From Geosiphon pyriformis uo1 (Eukaryota; Fungi; Glomeromycota): a DNA stretch of 64,000 bases. Both the position numbers and the translations under genes were made by a program. The first letter of the stretch is position 1; each line of letters opens with the position of its first letter. The notes beneath the pieces are model-generated. The model was not told where the DNA came from and did not search any database. It saw only the letters and a program-made list of their open reading frames with translations. The stretch spans positions 220,203-284,202 of the forward strand of contig JAAOMT010000727.1 in assembly GCA_016748015.1 (NCBI GenBank), in the 5' to 3' direction. Of this stretch, positions 11,942-24,886 are shown in pieces.

Positions 11942-13309
11942 ATAGACACACTCACTTATCAACGACTACATTAGTACCTATTGACACTACATTTCAAAGA
12001 GATATTATCTCAACAGGAACAAAGTACCATATGAAAACAAGCCCAAAATTATTTTATTCAAGACAACCAACTATATTGACGAGAATGCCAAAACCACTCC
12101 AACCCACAATGACTAATCAAGGACAGTGAAAGAGAAACTATACTATATAGCATGCACTCAAATCCAACTGCAGGACACTTTAACAAAAATGCTACCCTCG
12201 AAAGAACACTAAACTTATACTATTGGCCAATAATGTACAAAGACATTTTCGAATACGTGCTAAATTGTGACACATGCCAGTGAAGAAGAGGAGCAAGATC
12301 AACAGAACCACTTTGACCCATTCCAGTTGGAAATCTATTTGATAGAATTGGGATTAACTTGGTTAGACCTCTTTCAATTACATTCCAAGGAAATTGCTAT
12401 ATTGCTATAGTCATAGACTATCTTACAAAATAGCCAGAAGCCAGAGCAATCCAAGTGGCTGACGCCAAAACGGTAGCCAAATTTGTGCATTAAGACTTAA
12501 TTTGCTGACATGGATGTCTGAAAAAATTATTATCTGATCAGGAAACACACTTTGTTAATAATACGCTAACTGAACTAAGCCAATTGTTTGGAATAAAGAG
12601 ACTCTTATTGTCACCATACTATCCACAAACGAACGGACTGGTAGAACAATTTAACAGAACACTGTGTGAAACACTAGCAAAAATAAGTCATAAAAACAAA
12701 CAAGAATGGGACTTATTTATACCTTCTGTACTCTTTACATACCGAACATTGAAACAAAATATGACTCAGTTCACACTATTCAAACTAGTCTATGGAAGAA
12801 AAGCTACATTACCGATTGAACAAGTGATACCATCATACCCAACAGAAACAATCAATGAAGAAAATTTTGAAGCTACCTTACACTAAAGAACATACCAGCT
12901 AATAGAAATGTTGGAAAACAATCGAAGAACAGCAGCTGACAATATTAGTCATGTTCAAGAATGACAAAAAGAAAGACATGATAAACACCTATCAGAGCAA
13001 CCAATGGAATTCAAGATTGAAAACCAAGTACTGTTACATCGTACAAAAGCTGAGAAACAGTAAAGTGGAAAGTTTGACCCAAAGTGGGATGGTCCATTCC
13101 ATATACATGAAGCATTAGGAAATGGAGCTTACAAATTATGATTGGAAGACAGGATTTTAAAAAAAGTAGTGCATGGAAATCGGTTAAAAATTTATCATGA
13201 AAAACAGGAATTATCATCATCAGTACCTCAAATAAGAACACAAATTTCATTAATCAGACCAGAAGATATATCACGAAATCTGGAACCAATCATCATCATC
13301 AAAACGTAG
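11942..13309 (+). pseudogene. Integrase of element B with GPY/F domain, no chromodomain
   Basis: HSNPTAGHF...YYWP...CDTCQ, GINLV (D to N), SDQETHF, PQTNGLVEQFN, KFDPKWDGPF...GAYKL. Confidence 0.92.
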
Positions 13310-13389
13310 ACAACGGATAGCAAATTAAATTGGGGAATTCAAATATATATAGCATCCAAAAAGCAGCAAGAAACAATAGAAATTTCAAC

Positions 13390-14124
13390 ATGAACCTTTC
13401 AGATCAAATTTTAAAATTATCTAAACAATTATTTGAAACAATTCAAAAATTAACATCTTAAATAGAAATAACAATTGATAAAAAAGAGATATAGTACAAA
13501 GATAAGAGCAGAAAAAAGGAGGACAAGAGTTCAATTAGAACTAAATGTTCCCTCCCCTACCCACCACTCGAAAGGCAATATGGGAGGAAAAATTGCCTTC
13601 AGATGGAAGGTGGAAAAGAAGGAGGCAAAGAATGAGAAAAAGATTACAAAAGAAGATACTTGGTCCCCGAGCTCAAAGAAATAAAAGAAGCTTTAGCTTG
13701 TGGGACCGAACTCCCCAAAACAGGGGAGTAGACACCTGACAACACCCAGAAATGGAAAGAAAGACTTCCTCCAGCTTATTGGTTCTACAAAATTGAAGAA
13801 CAGCTTGACTTGAAAACACTATACAAAGACCTTAGCCAGAAAACGTTCAACAAAGAAGCAATACAACAAGTAGAAAAATTTGTAGGGAAAAACAACCTGA
13901 CCCTACATTACAAAGCAGTATACCAACTATATGTCATCTTTCAACATTGCCCAAATGTACTACTGAACGGATCTATGAAAACCATAATGGTTAACAATAT
14001 AGGACAAATAACCAATCAACAGTTCAAAGATCTACAAAAGGCAATACTTAAGGCAACAATCAAACATTACACAAATGAAGCCACGATAACAGATACATAT
14101 GGTTTCACAGGAGCTCAATTTTAA
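13390..14124 (+). pseudogene. Extra 3' ORF (ORF3, ~245 codons) of element B, not env-like
   Basis: ATG at 13390, in frame with ORF 13810-14124 (several stops between). Ends FTGAQF* at the PPT. No signal peptide or transmembrane segment. Confidence 0.65.
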
Positions 14125-14138
14125 AAAGAAAGGGATAA
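14123..14138 (+). promoter_or_regulatory. Polypurine tract of element B
   Basis: AAAAAGAAAGGGATAA immediately before the 3' LTR TG. Confidence 0.85.
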
Positions 14139-15221
14139 TGTTATTTAAGTAGAAAAACTGATCCAAAGTTATGAAGAAACATGACCAAAATGTGACATAA
14201 CACAAAATAATGCGCAATAATGTTGAATAATGTGTTATAACATAGAATAACGTGTTATAATGCAGGATAACACAGAATAGCATGCAATAACATAGAATAA
14301 CGTGTTATAACGCAGAATAATACAGAATAACATGTAATAATGTTAGATAATATGTTATAACATAGGATAACTAGCGATAACGTAGAAAAACGAAGCAATA
14401 ACAGAAACAACAAAGCAATAGCTAGTGATAGCAAGACAATTAAAAGCAATCCTGTAAAACCAAAAGAATGTATAAAAGCAAGTAGTTGTAAAAGTGAGAA
14501 AAGACAGACAGATAGATACGAACCTCTAAACAAGAATTAAATATCCATACCCCTTCATTCTTTATTATCTTCCCTATTTCATTTCCTGAAATAAACCAAT
14601 TATTAAAAGAAATCAGAATCATGAATTCATGTTCTCGAACTTCGTAAAATTTACATGAATTAACCCTTGTTTTATATCTCTGTTCTAAAACAGATGCTCT
14701 TAGCATAACTGTCTTAAATCTATTAATGATTTGGACCAATCGCTCTTGATTATGGCAATTGATGATACTAATTTATCTTTTCTCTCTTTCTTTTTCTTTT
14801 CTTTTTTTCTTTTTCTTTCTTTTTCTGTCTTATTTTTGTGGAGCAGCAACATAGTAAAATTAACTGTCTGAAAATAGACTTCGTAATAGCCTGGTAAAAA
14901 AGAGAAGCTCCTCCTAAGTTTTGGATATTAACATTATCTTGATAGCTTACCAGAAGAGCAAAAAGACAACACCAGACCTTAATGATTGCACTCATTAGCT
15001 TGGAGAAAAAAGCTCACATTTATGAAAACATTGCAATCGACAAAAGACAAACTCTGTGCCTTATAACCAAAGAACTCAATGGGTAAATTCACATCCAGGA
15101 ATAGATCTTCAGAGACTGATAATCAAGACTAAGCCAACAGAATTACATGGAAGACACATCATTAATAATTGAGAGCATCAAACGTTACCATTTCCCATAC
15201 CCACCAAGTTTACCCATAACA
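14139..15221 (+). repeat. 3' LTR of element B (1083 bp)
   Basis: Colinear with 4281-5365; differences are almost all transitions. Confidence 0.97.
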
Positions 15222-15781
15222 TCATTAACCACTTTTGATAGCTATATAAGCAATGAATTTCTTAGCTGTAGAAAAACATGTCAAAAATACAAGACATATT
15301 AAAAATAAAAGAAATTAAATAAATAAAATAACAACTTTTATCTTAATCTTTTTCTTGTTTCTAATTTTCTTTTTTTTTATCTTTAAGTATCCAAACATCT
15401 TGAAATAAAAGATTACTTATTGGTTATTCTTTACTTTTTCCTGAAATGTGTAATTGTAGTATTTAAAGATTTTTGAATAAAACATGACTGAAGAATATAT
15501 CTAATACCTAATATTGAATTCTAAGAGTGCTAACATAAGACATAGAATTATACTAGTGTGTGATTATTTGTTGACAGTACAGACTATCCTTTTACTTTCA
15601 AATTCTTTGGTTATCTTTTGAAAAATATAGTAATTGAGATATTTTATAAGACTGATCTTGTACATTGAATTCATACTCATTTAATTTGCTCTTTGAAGTT
15701 GAATTCTCTTTAATTCCTTTCATTATTCTACAATCTTGTTCTTCTTTACTATCTATTAGCTCATTACTCCAATCTGTAACA
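15222..15781 (+). repeat. 3' LTR of element A, right part
   Basis: Resumes the 12-mer (TCATTAACC), followed by TATATAAG (15243) and AATAAA; ends GTAACA at 15781. Confidence 0.55.
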
Positions 15782-16016
15782 ATAGCATACTAAAACATTT
15801 TCAAAAAAGTAGGTTCAAATTATTTTATTAATTATAAACACATTACTCTGTTATTTAAAGAAATAAAAATAAAAATCAACAATATAATAAAATTATAAAC
15901 TAAAAATAAATATGCAAATTCTAGACAAAGCTATAAACAAACCAATATTGAATAAATTACAAAGTTAGTTATATTAAAAGAATTTAATCTTGCTAAGCAA
16001 TTTAATACTAATTCTA

Positions 16017-16071
<55 letters not shown>

Positions 16072-17289
16072 AAAAAAAAGAACAAGTAACTTTTGCTGTA
16101 AATAAGTTATCTATAAAAAAACCATATATACATAAGTATTATTATATAATTACGTTTGTATTTGCAATTATTTAAGAAAAATGTGCATGTGACAAGTTAA
16201 AAATAATTATAGAGATAATCTACAAATATCTTAAAAAATTGTCATAAATTTTTTCTGAGAAAATCTTTTTTTTATTTTTTAATATTTTAACATTTTAAAA
16301 AGTACAATATTCAGCAAAACCCATCTTAAAAAAGTTACATAGGAAGAAAAAGATTGACAAAAAATTCAAATCATGTATAGTTATTTTGGTAAGTAATATT
16401 CGAATTTGTTATTAAAGAACAAATAAAATAGATATATGAATTGTTTTTTTTTATTTTGCATATAGAATTTTTTTAGAATATGTTAATATCTGTTAACTCT
16501 CTATTTACATCCAAACTCTTTTATTTCTTTAGGAAATTAAGTTTACAACTTAAAATATTAAAATTAGGCCTTAGATTCTCTTATAGTTTTTGGGGAATTT
16601 TTACACTTCTGAATATTATCTTTCATTAATTTTCAGATGTTTTCTACAGATTAAATTCGAATAAGATTGTTGACCAATCTTTAGTTTTAATTTTTTGTTT
16701 GCAAGATCATTTTACAATTTTATTTGCAGTATAAATAGATACATTATCTTGTTAAAACACTAAAATTTTTTTAATTAATTAATATATTGCTTGTTATTTT
16801 CTTTTGTAATTAGTTTGAGATATTTTAAACTTATTTTAAAATCCAATTAGTAAAAAATAGTATTACTGTAACTTAAAAAACTAGATACAATAAGCAAATA
16901 TACAAAAATAGATGGTAAATAAACCGAATTTTAAGATTTTTTTCAAGTTAAATAGAAATTTAAATAAATTAGTATTTTTTAAATTAATTTGTACAATTTT
17001 GTATTTGTAATATGAATTTTGTTAATATCTGAAACTTATTAAAAAAGTTGAATGATCAAATCAAAAATAATAGATTTGAAAATTTTATTAAAAATATAAA
17101 TAATTTTTGTTGCATATTTATAATTATTTATTAAATTAAAAGTTATAAAATATTTATATTTTAAATTATTTTAATATTATTAATAAAAAATATTAATTTA
17201 TTATTATTACAAAATATTATCAATAAAATATTGTTACAATTTTCAATTTTTTTATACTAATTGACCTATATTTATATATTAATTATATT

Positions 17290-18403
17290 ATAAATAACAA
17301 TATGAGTTTTATTTTTATTATAATAGTAAAACATGAATAACAGAAATTTTCTTTGGTAAATGACTTGAGAAGTTTAATTAAAAAATAACCAAGCATAAAT
17401 ACAATGTTTTATTACTATTAGATAATATATATTACATGTTCTAATTAATATAGAATTAAAGAGCACTAGAATATATATGCTTCCTTCAAATACAACATCT
17501 AAAATACAACCAATAGATACTGATATTATTGTAGTATTTAAGTGCTATTATTATGCTTGCCAGTTTGTATATACTGTTAATTAATATAATGTTAAATATA
17601 AGAATTTTTATTATATTAACTTATTTTAAGCAATTCATTAAATTTGAAAATGTTGGTTTAATATTAGCACATATATTATTCAAAACTATTGGTATCATTT
17701 TAGTCTAATAAAAACAGCACATAATATTGAATTGAAATGGAAACAGCAAAAAAAAAGTTACAGAAACTTTATTATCATACATTAAACAACTAAGTGTTAA
17801 AGATTTATTTAATGCTAAAGAAATTGTAAATTTTACTTCTGAAGCAAAAATTTATATTATATTGACTGATTAAGACATAGTAGAAGTTTGTCATAATCTA
17901 ATAATAAGTTTAGAAGCCCAAAATAATATTAAAAAAATTAAAAAAATTAAGGAAATTAATGTTAAACCATCTAAGCATAAAAAGCTTATTCAAATTGCAA
18001 ATATATTATGTTGGTTAAATAATTGTAATGAAACTTCTGAAATGGCAATTAATAGTTTATACTGTATACAATACATTTTCAAAGAATTTATTGAGATTGA
18101 AAAAAAATCACATATACAAACTTCTCTTAATCATTATTGGTCAATAATATAATATAATTATATAATTTTTAATAAATTTCTCTTATATTAGAAATTATAT
18201 AAGTTGTTAAATAATTTCAAATATAATTATATAAAATTTTATTTCTTTAAATTAATATATATAAGAAATTTTATAAGAAGTTATTAGTCATTATTAATGG
18301 AAGATTATTAGTTATTACGATTTAATTGCTTTTGAAATTAGTTAATTTATTAGTTATTACAGGTTATTACTTATAAGAAGATTATTTATTACAGGTTCTA
18401 CTG
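17290..18403 (+). mobile_element. pogo/Tigger (Tc1-mariner superfamily, DDE_1) DNA transposon relic, 5'-truncated
   Basis: YYNSKT*IT (NxKAWMT), VLLLLDN and MLPSNTTSKIQPIDTDII (LPPNTTSxLQPMDxGII). Right end ACAGGTTCTACTG followed by TA at 18404 (CAGT-type TIR plus TA target site). Confidence 0.8.
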
Positions 18404-20696
18404 TACTTAAAGAATAATTTGTTTACTTTATTTATAAAATAAAAGGGGCATTAAAAATTTTTAATTATTAAACTTAGAAACAAAGATAAAAGCTTGAAAT
18501 TTTAAATATTTACTAGTTTTTTATGTTGCCATATTATTTCTTCTGAGATATTGGTTTTATAATATCAATTTTTTCACATAATATTGACTCTGTGCAATGG
18601 GCAACCTTATTTTTTCTATTAATTTAAGAGAATAAGCAAAATACATTTGATTAAAATTTTAAGTTTAAATTATGTTTATTTATCACAACAAATAAGATTG
18701 AGCGATTCTTAAAGTTGGAAACAATAATCTTTTAATCTGGTAAAACCTTTTGAAGTTCTCTTGATCCACAAAAATGTATTGAATACAAAAACTTTTTCAA
18801 TCCAGTAGGTTTTAATCATAAATAAAATTTATTGTAAAAAAAACTTTTATATTGAACTTAATAAAAAGAAAAATTATGCTTAAAAAATTATCTGCGGATA
18901 ATGAGAGTTTTTGCTTAAAAAGTTTAATTTAATTTCTAAAAACATATTTTTAATCAAGAAGAAATGTAAGTTAAAAACTAATCATAGGGCTATCAGAATT
19001 TGAAAATGTAAAATTTATATTATATAAATCAAGGGTAATAAAATTTTTGCTCTGATTTTCCAAAATATAGTTAAACTAGCAATATTTTACCCTAATAAAA
19101 AAGATTTTTAAGTAATATGAAAATACTCGTTCCAATAATGCAAAATATATTTTTAGCGGAGCAATGCAGAAATGAAAGCTCAATGATTTCACAACTTTTT
19201 GAATTTGATTTAATATACAAATTTTCACATATCATTTTAATATATATATTGTGAGTTAAAGTCTAAACACTATTATAGTCAGAGAGCCTGAAATTTTTAA
19301 AATAAACTGTTCAAACACAGTCAACAGTTTTTGTGTATAATTTTTCCTATATAAAATTTTCACTCCTTAATTTCAATTATCTATACTCGTAATTATGAAC
19401 TTGATCGCATTCAATTGTTTAATTGTTTTAGTTGAGTCAAATAGGCTCTGGTAACATCGGACGAATTGTTTGCCTGTGCAAGTATACGGATAACCTTATT
19501 TAAAAAAAATTCAAACCTGGTGTCTCTACTCCAAAGCAGTCTCAAGAATTATGTCTTTACATAAAGAAATCCATCTTATTGTTTGAGGTTTCAAAGGTGA
19601 AGAATTTCAATGTTAGAAAATTTATGTAAAAGGTCTGTAAAATGCTGTGCTGAATATATTACTGTTTTTCTCACCGTCAAGTCGTCAGGGCTGAGGATTT
19701 AAAAACCGTATTTGAGGCCTATAGTCTGTTGCATATAACTTTTGTGCTTACATTAAAATTTTTGTTGAAATTGTCATTGCATTTTTATAATTTTGGAATT
19801 TTGGAAAAATAATTGTTGAAAATTTTGACATATATTTCAGTGATTATTTTTTTAAACAAATAAAATAACTATGTTTTATCTCTTTTAAAAACCTGCTTTA
19901 TGCAAAGATTTTAATGGAATTTTTTAAATTTAAAAATTTAATAAATTTTTCTTATGCGAGTAGTTTCATCTTGCTTCTAAAAAACTGAAAATTAATTTCT
20001 TTAATTAATAAAATATTATTTGAAACATCCTTTTTTCAAAATGCTAATGCTGATTGTATTAGCGAATTTGCTACAGTGTTGTTGCTAAACATCTGAAAAA
20101 TTTATGACTTGAATCTCAAAATCACCTGATACTTTAATGTTTTGTTGTTAACAAATTTTTTGCTGAGTTTCCTATTTCTGAAAATTTTTAATGTTTACAA
20201 GCTTTTTTTTCAAAGTTTTGTAAAAAGACATTTAAAACTACTCCAATGTATTAAAAATAAATTTTCAAAGTTTTGATGTTAAATTATTTCTAAATCAAGC
20301 ATTATTTAATATTACAAACAAAATAATTTAATTTCTAAAAAACAATTATAAAAAAATTAATTTGGATTTAAAAAATAAAGACAGTATATTAATTCAACAG
20401 AGCTAATGGCTAATTTATTTTAAGACTATTAATTTTAATTAAAAAGAAATTAATTGTAAAAAAATTTTAGCGTTTGTTAATTATAATATCACAGTTGAAA
20501 ATCTAGTTATAGATTTGACTATTTGTTTTTTTAATAACCATATGAGCAAAACCTTAAAAATTGTAGAAAAAAATTCAAAAGTCAAATTGATTATACTTTA
20601 AATATTTTTTTATCTTTAGATTTGGGTCAATAATATAGTTAAATTCGAGTAGAATCATTAGAAAAGTGTAGTTCAACACACAAGTAAATTTATCTC

Positions 20697-21806
20697 ATGA
20701 AAGCGATTATGATTATTATGGCTATTGGAACCGATCGAAATCATTTGAAAAAGGTTTACTCCGATCGGATAATCTGTTTATGGAAAAATTGAGAAAATTC
20801 ACTCTTTTCGCTAGTGAAGCATCTTGTTTAAATCCGGTCAACGATCAAGACGTTATAAAATTGACTGTTGAATTTATGATATTAGCATCTTACATTATAT
20901 ACATTATTTTACTTTATGATTAATTCCCCAAATTTTCTTTTTTTTAAAATTCAAATCTCAATCGTCTATCTTAGCGAAAATAACAAGCATACGTAAAAAC
21001 CAACTTTTTTTGATCCAGATTCGTGCCAAAGAGTTAGATTTTGAAGTTACCTCGGAAAAACGACTCCAAACGCGATACAAAATTACAAATGATCTGATGA
21101 TCGATAAAAATTTTTCCCTTAAATTTCAACTTGGGTGGACAGAGTTAAGGCGTCAAATTGACCATAGATAAAAGGAATTCCGCCAGCATATAATTTGAGT
21201 TTTGTTGGACATGGGCTAGCTGGTGGTACATAAATATTTATATTTTGATCGAATTTCTTGACAAGACTCATCTAATTGACATTAGTTTTTAGTGTTTGCT
21301 GTACTTAGAGCTTTCGAACTCTTGACAATAAAAGCGCCTGAATTATCTCAGATTAAAGTTTACAAATATGGTGAACCTCGATTCGGAAACTACCAATTCG
21401 TTCATAAGCTAAATTCTTTTAAAAATTTAAAAATATATAGAGCGAAATTTTATAATAATTTTATACCCAAATATCCAAAGAGTTATCAGAAAGCACAATA
21501 TTTACACCATGAACAGGAGCTTTGGATATCGTCAAAAGATTGTGACTGTGCTACTTCCGATAATAATAATGGGGATGATTTCAACATTTATTTATGCCCA
21601 GGCCCCAAATCCACGAGCAGGATAAAGTTGGAAAGCCAAATAAGTTATTATAGAATCAAAATTTAGTTTTTAATCTGAACAATTCTCTAACAATTATTAA
21701 CCATTTTTTATATATTTAGGAATGCAATGGTAGAACCGAGGCTGCATCGAATGAAGAAGCTTTCGCATCACAATGTCCTCCTATGGTAACAATCAAGCAT
21801 TCTTAA
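20697..21806 (+). pseudogene. Class-3 lipase homologue L1, degenerate, catalytic Ser replaced by Gly
   Basis: KLRKFTLFASEASC, SFVGHGLAG|VFA (21207-21224), YGEPRFGN, YLHHEQELW. Frameshift in exon 2 and no clear N-terminus. Confidence 0.75.
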
Positions 21807-22527
21807 ATGGCCATTTTTTTTTACCAAAATAAGGACACTAAAATTAAATTTAAACCCGATAATGAAATTTTTCTAGAATATATTTATTTAGATATATTGT
21901 CTATTGCCTTTATTTAATAAATTTTTTTATGAATATTCTAATTATTTAACTAAATGAAAAGGTTCAAAAATTTAAGGTAAATTAAAATTTTATTTTGGCC
22001 TTGCCTTCATTGAAAAAGTATTTCAGCGTGTATTTAATTTGAGGCAAATTAAAATAAAATTATCAAATCCCAATAAAATTTGTTTTTCAATTAAAACTTA
22101 TGGACATAAAAATATTTCCAAATTAATACTGACCATAAATTTTTTTATTCGTGCTGATCAAATTAATATATTTCGATAGCAAGGGCAGAGAGTTTTCGTT
22201 TTACACGGTGAAAAAGTATATTAAACATGCTCAATATTACCTAATTATAAAAATAAAGTTATTATTGCTTGGACTTAAGCTAATATTAGCAATTCTTAAA
22301 GTTATTACCGAACTATTATCATTTAAAAATACTTATATTAATTACAATTGTTTATTATACATTAGGTTTCTTAAATATTTTATATCGATCATTTCAAATT
22401 TCTGAATTAGATTTCAATAGGCTTAAACAATAAACACTAAATAACAAGAGTTTATCAGAATTGGCAACGGGTGAACAATTTTTCTATATAGATTAGATGG
22501 ATATAGAAAAGATAATTGACAAATATG

Positions 22528-22645
22528 ACTACCCCCTCTCGCTCTTCACTCCTGTAAGAAATCTTAAACTACAACTACTCCCTCCTGCTTTTAACTCTTG
22601 TAAGAATTCTTAAACTACCCCCCTCCCACTCTTTAATCTTGGAAG
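22528..22645. repeat. ~42-bp minisatellite, 3 copies
   Basis: ACTACCCCCTC...CTCYTGTAAGAAWTCTTAA units. Confidence 0.75.
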
Positions 22646-22751
22646 GCATAAATAAAAGACTAACAATTATCAATTCCTCACCACGTAACTCTAAAATTTA
22701 ATTCAGTTATTTGATGATCGATTGTTCATGAATTTCTATTCCGTATTCATT

Positions 22752-22935
22752 GGTTATTCGAATGTTGAGTTGTGAATTATTGGTGGGTGGTGGTTATTCA
22801 AATGTTGAGTTGCGAATTATTGGTTGGTGGTGGTTATATTTGAAGGTTGAATTCGTGAATTATTAGTGGGTGGTGTTTATTCAAATGCTGAATTCGCGAA
22901 TTATTGGTGAGCAGTGGCTATTCGTCAATTGTTGG
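22752..22935. repeat. ~40-bp minisatellite, ~4.5 copies
   Basis: TTATTCRAATGTTGAGTTGYGAATTATTGGTGGGTGGTGG units. Confidence 0.85.
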
Positions 22936-23016
22936 TGTCAAACTAGAGTCAAGCTCAATACGGTCTTCTTTTCCCGCCGATTTTTTCAAGCCCGTTTCCT
23001 TGGCTGTGGTTTCACT
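22936..23016 (-). rRNA. 81-bp 25S/28S (LSU) rRNA fragment, pseudogenic
   Basis: Reverse complement AGTGAAACCACAGCCAAGGAAACGGGCTTGAAAAAATCGGCGGGAAAAGAAGACCGTATTGAGCTTGACTCTAGTTTGACA matches the conserved eukaryotic LSU segment GCGAAACCACAGCCAAGGGAACGGGCTTGG...GAAGACCCTGTTGAGCTTGACTCTAGTTTGACA. Confidence 0.9.
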
Positions 23017-23829
23017 CCAAAGTTTAAGATATAGTAGGATTTATAATCAGATTTTTCCAATTTTTTTTTGATCTTGATTTTTTTTGATTCAATGTCTTTT
23101 TAATTACAGTAATAATTGAATTAAGTCTTAGTAATGAAAATTATAACAAGAGCAGTATTAATAGTCTTTACTAAAATTCTTTAAAAAATTTCTTATATTC
23201 TTTTAATAAATAACTATTCTTTAGATGGTTTTAAAAAATAGATTTTGGCTTTGTTATAAATTTTGATATAGTTTTTAATGAGATCTGAATAATACTATTA
23301 GGTATATAATGATATAATGCTTTAAGAATAAAATAATTTGCAGTTTTTTTACAATAGTTATTCAGTAGTATAATAGTATGCCTGATAAGATTTTCTTAAA
23401 TAAGTAAAAAAATAGAATTTAAAGTTGAATAACTGTAATTTCAAGTAAAAAAACAATAATAACAAATATTTTTCAAGATTTACTGATTTTTTACTTGAAG
23501 CATTAAAAAAAGCATTTATGTTTGGATCAAGCTTATAAAGATTATAAAATTTAGTTTTTATCTTTATTAATACAGTTTTAAACTTACCACAACATTTTGC
23601 TCAACACTATTCTATATGCAATTGAAGAAACTATAGAAATAGACTTTAGAACTTCATAGCATATAAAAATGTCAGATTCATAATATTTTTCTGCCATAGT
23701 GTAAAAAATGAAGTAAAGCAAAGTTTATGTAAAAAGATGAGGAGAAAAAAGTGGAAGAGCTATTTTATAAAATTTACTTTAAAGCTATAAACCAACAATC
23801 CAAGATTCCAAAGTTTCTTTATACTGTAA

Positions 23830-24886
23830 TTAACTGTAGACTGCATGCCCTACGAATATGAAAAGAACTTTTGAAACATGTGGCTAATTGTTTGATTGCT
23901 AAGTCAGTTGGCTGAGAGTACAAGATTATCCACTTTTAAGCATTTCCTTAATATTAATGAGGGCATAATTTGAAATGTTGAAAAATCTAATTCCTTTATT
24001 GATTTTAGTTTCGCATAGAAGTTGAGGCCTTTGGTCTTAGAACAGATCCGACAAGTAAAGCCAACTCTGATTACTGCACATATGTTATGAAAGCGATTCT
24101 TTTTTGGCCAAAAAGAAAAAGATGTACAATAAATAGATCATTCTGACCACATTTATCAATAGGAATACAAGAGACAAGATACATAATGCTGCCTAAAACT
24201 GTTGACAGAGGTTGAGTGCTGAGTGACATTGCATCTATGAAGGTGAATTAATTTGAATTAGATCTGAGATATAATGTTTTTGAATATGTTCTTTTGGCTA
24301 AAGAATTGGTGCAAGAAAGCTAAATGCCTATTGCAGAATAATGAAGTGGCCTGCTCGCTTTCAATCTGCTTGATTGTTCTATTATTGGCATTGAGTTTTT
24401 AATTTAAAGAAAATTAACTTATCAAAAAAAAATTTATCATTAAGTTAACTCGGTGATTTCTGGTTGAAAAAATTTTTCTTTATAGCACTCACAAGTATAC
24501 TTACTTTATTTTACTATTTTTTTATGGCAGATTACTTAGATATAACTTTACCAGACCTTTGATCTTTAGATTTTTTTGGAAAATGGCGCATTGAAATAGT
24601 CGATTTTCTAGTGACAAGTCTAGATTATATGCGAAAAGAACTAGAAGCAACAGTCAACAATGCATATCAAAAAATAAATTAAACAACTAACCTTTAAGTT
24701 TTGAAGCAATTCAGCCCTTCTGCATGCTTTATTGTCAAGATATGCATTATCGACTGTCACTTCTAGTTCTTTTTGCATATAATCCAAGATTTTAGACTTG
24801 TCATTAGAGAATCGTTTTAGGCACCATTCTCCAAAAGAATTTAAAGACTAAAGATCTGATGAAGTTATGTCTAAATAATTTGTCAT
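23830..24886 (-). pseudogene. Fragmented paralogue of the gene at 57642-59930 (expanded family, putatively PD-(D/E)XK-like)
   Basis: Exon 1 MTNYLDITSSDL*SLNSFGEWCLKRF...DYMQKELE matches 57642+. AAGCAGATTGAAAGCGAGCAGGC (~24350-24372, minus) matches ~58039. Confidence 0.45.

Larger units (their letters stand above)
4281..15221 (+). mobile_element. Full-length Ty3/Gypsy LTR retrotransposon, element B (~10.9 kb including nested solo LTR), inactivated
   Basis: Two ~1.08-kb LTRs with TGTTA...TAACA ends, PBS, PPT and near-TSD TTAT/TCAT. Domain order gag-PR-dUTPase-RT-RH, then IN, then ORF3. Confidence 0.97.

Noticed and set aside
16022-16069. Long poly(A) run and Lys-rich ORF 15990-16175
   Set aside because: Homopolymer with no recognisable retrocopy or TSD. 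Similar runs flank the N gaps, so the length may be an assembly artefact.
19430-19500. QIGSGNIGRIV, resembling a kinase Gly-rich loop
   Set aside because: No downstream VAIK/HRD/DFG motifs are visible; too short to support.
23090-23830. AT-rich stretch that may be a decayed minus-strand transposon gene
   Set aside because: No diagnostic motif or matching terminal repeats could be identified by eye.
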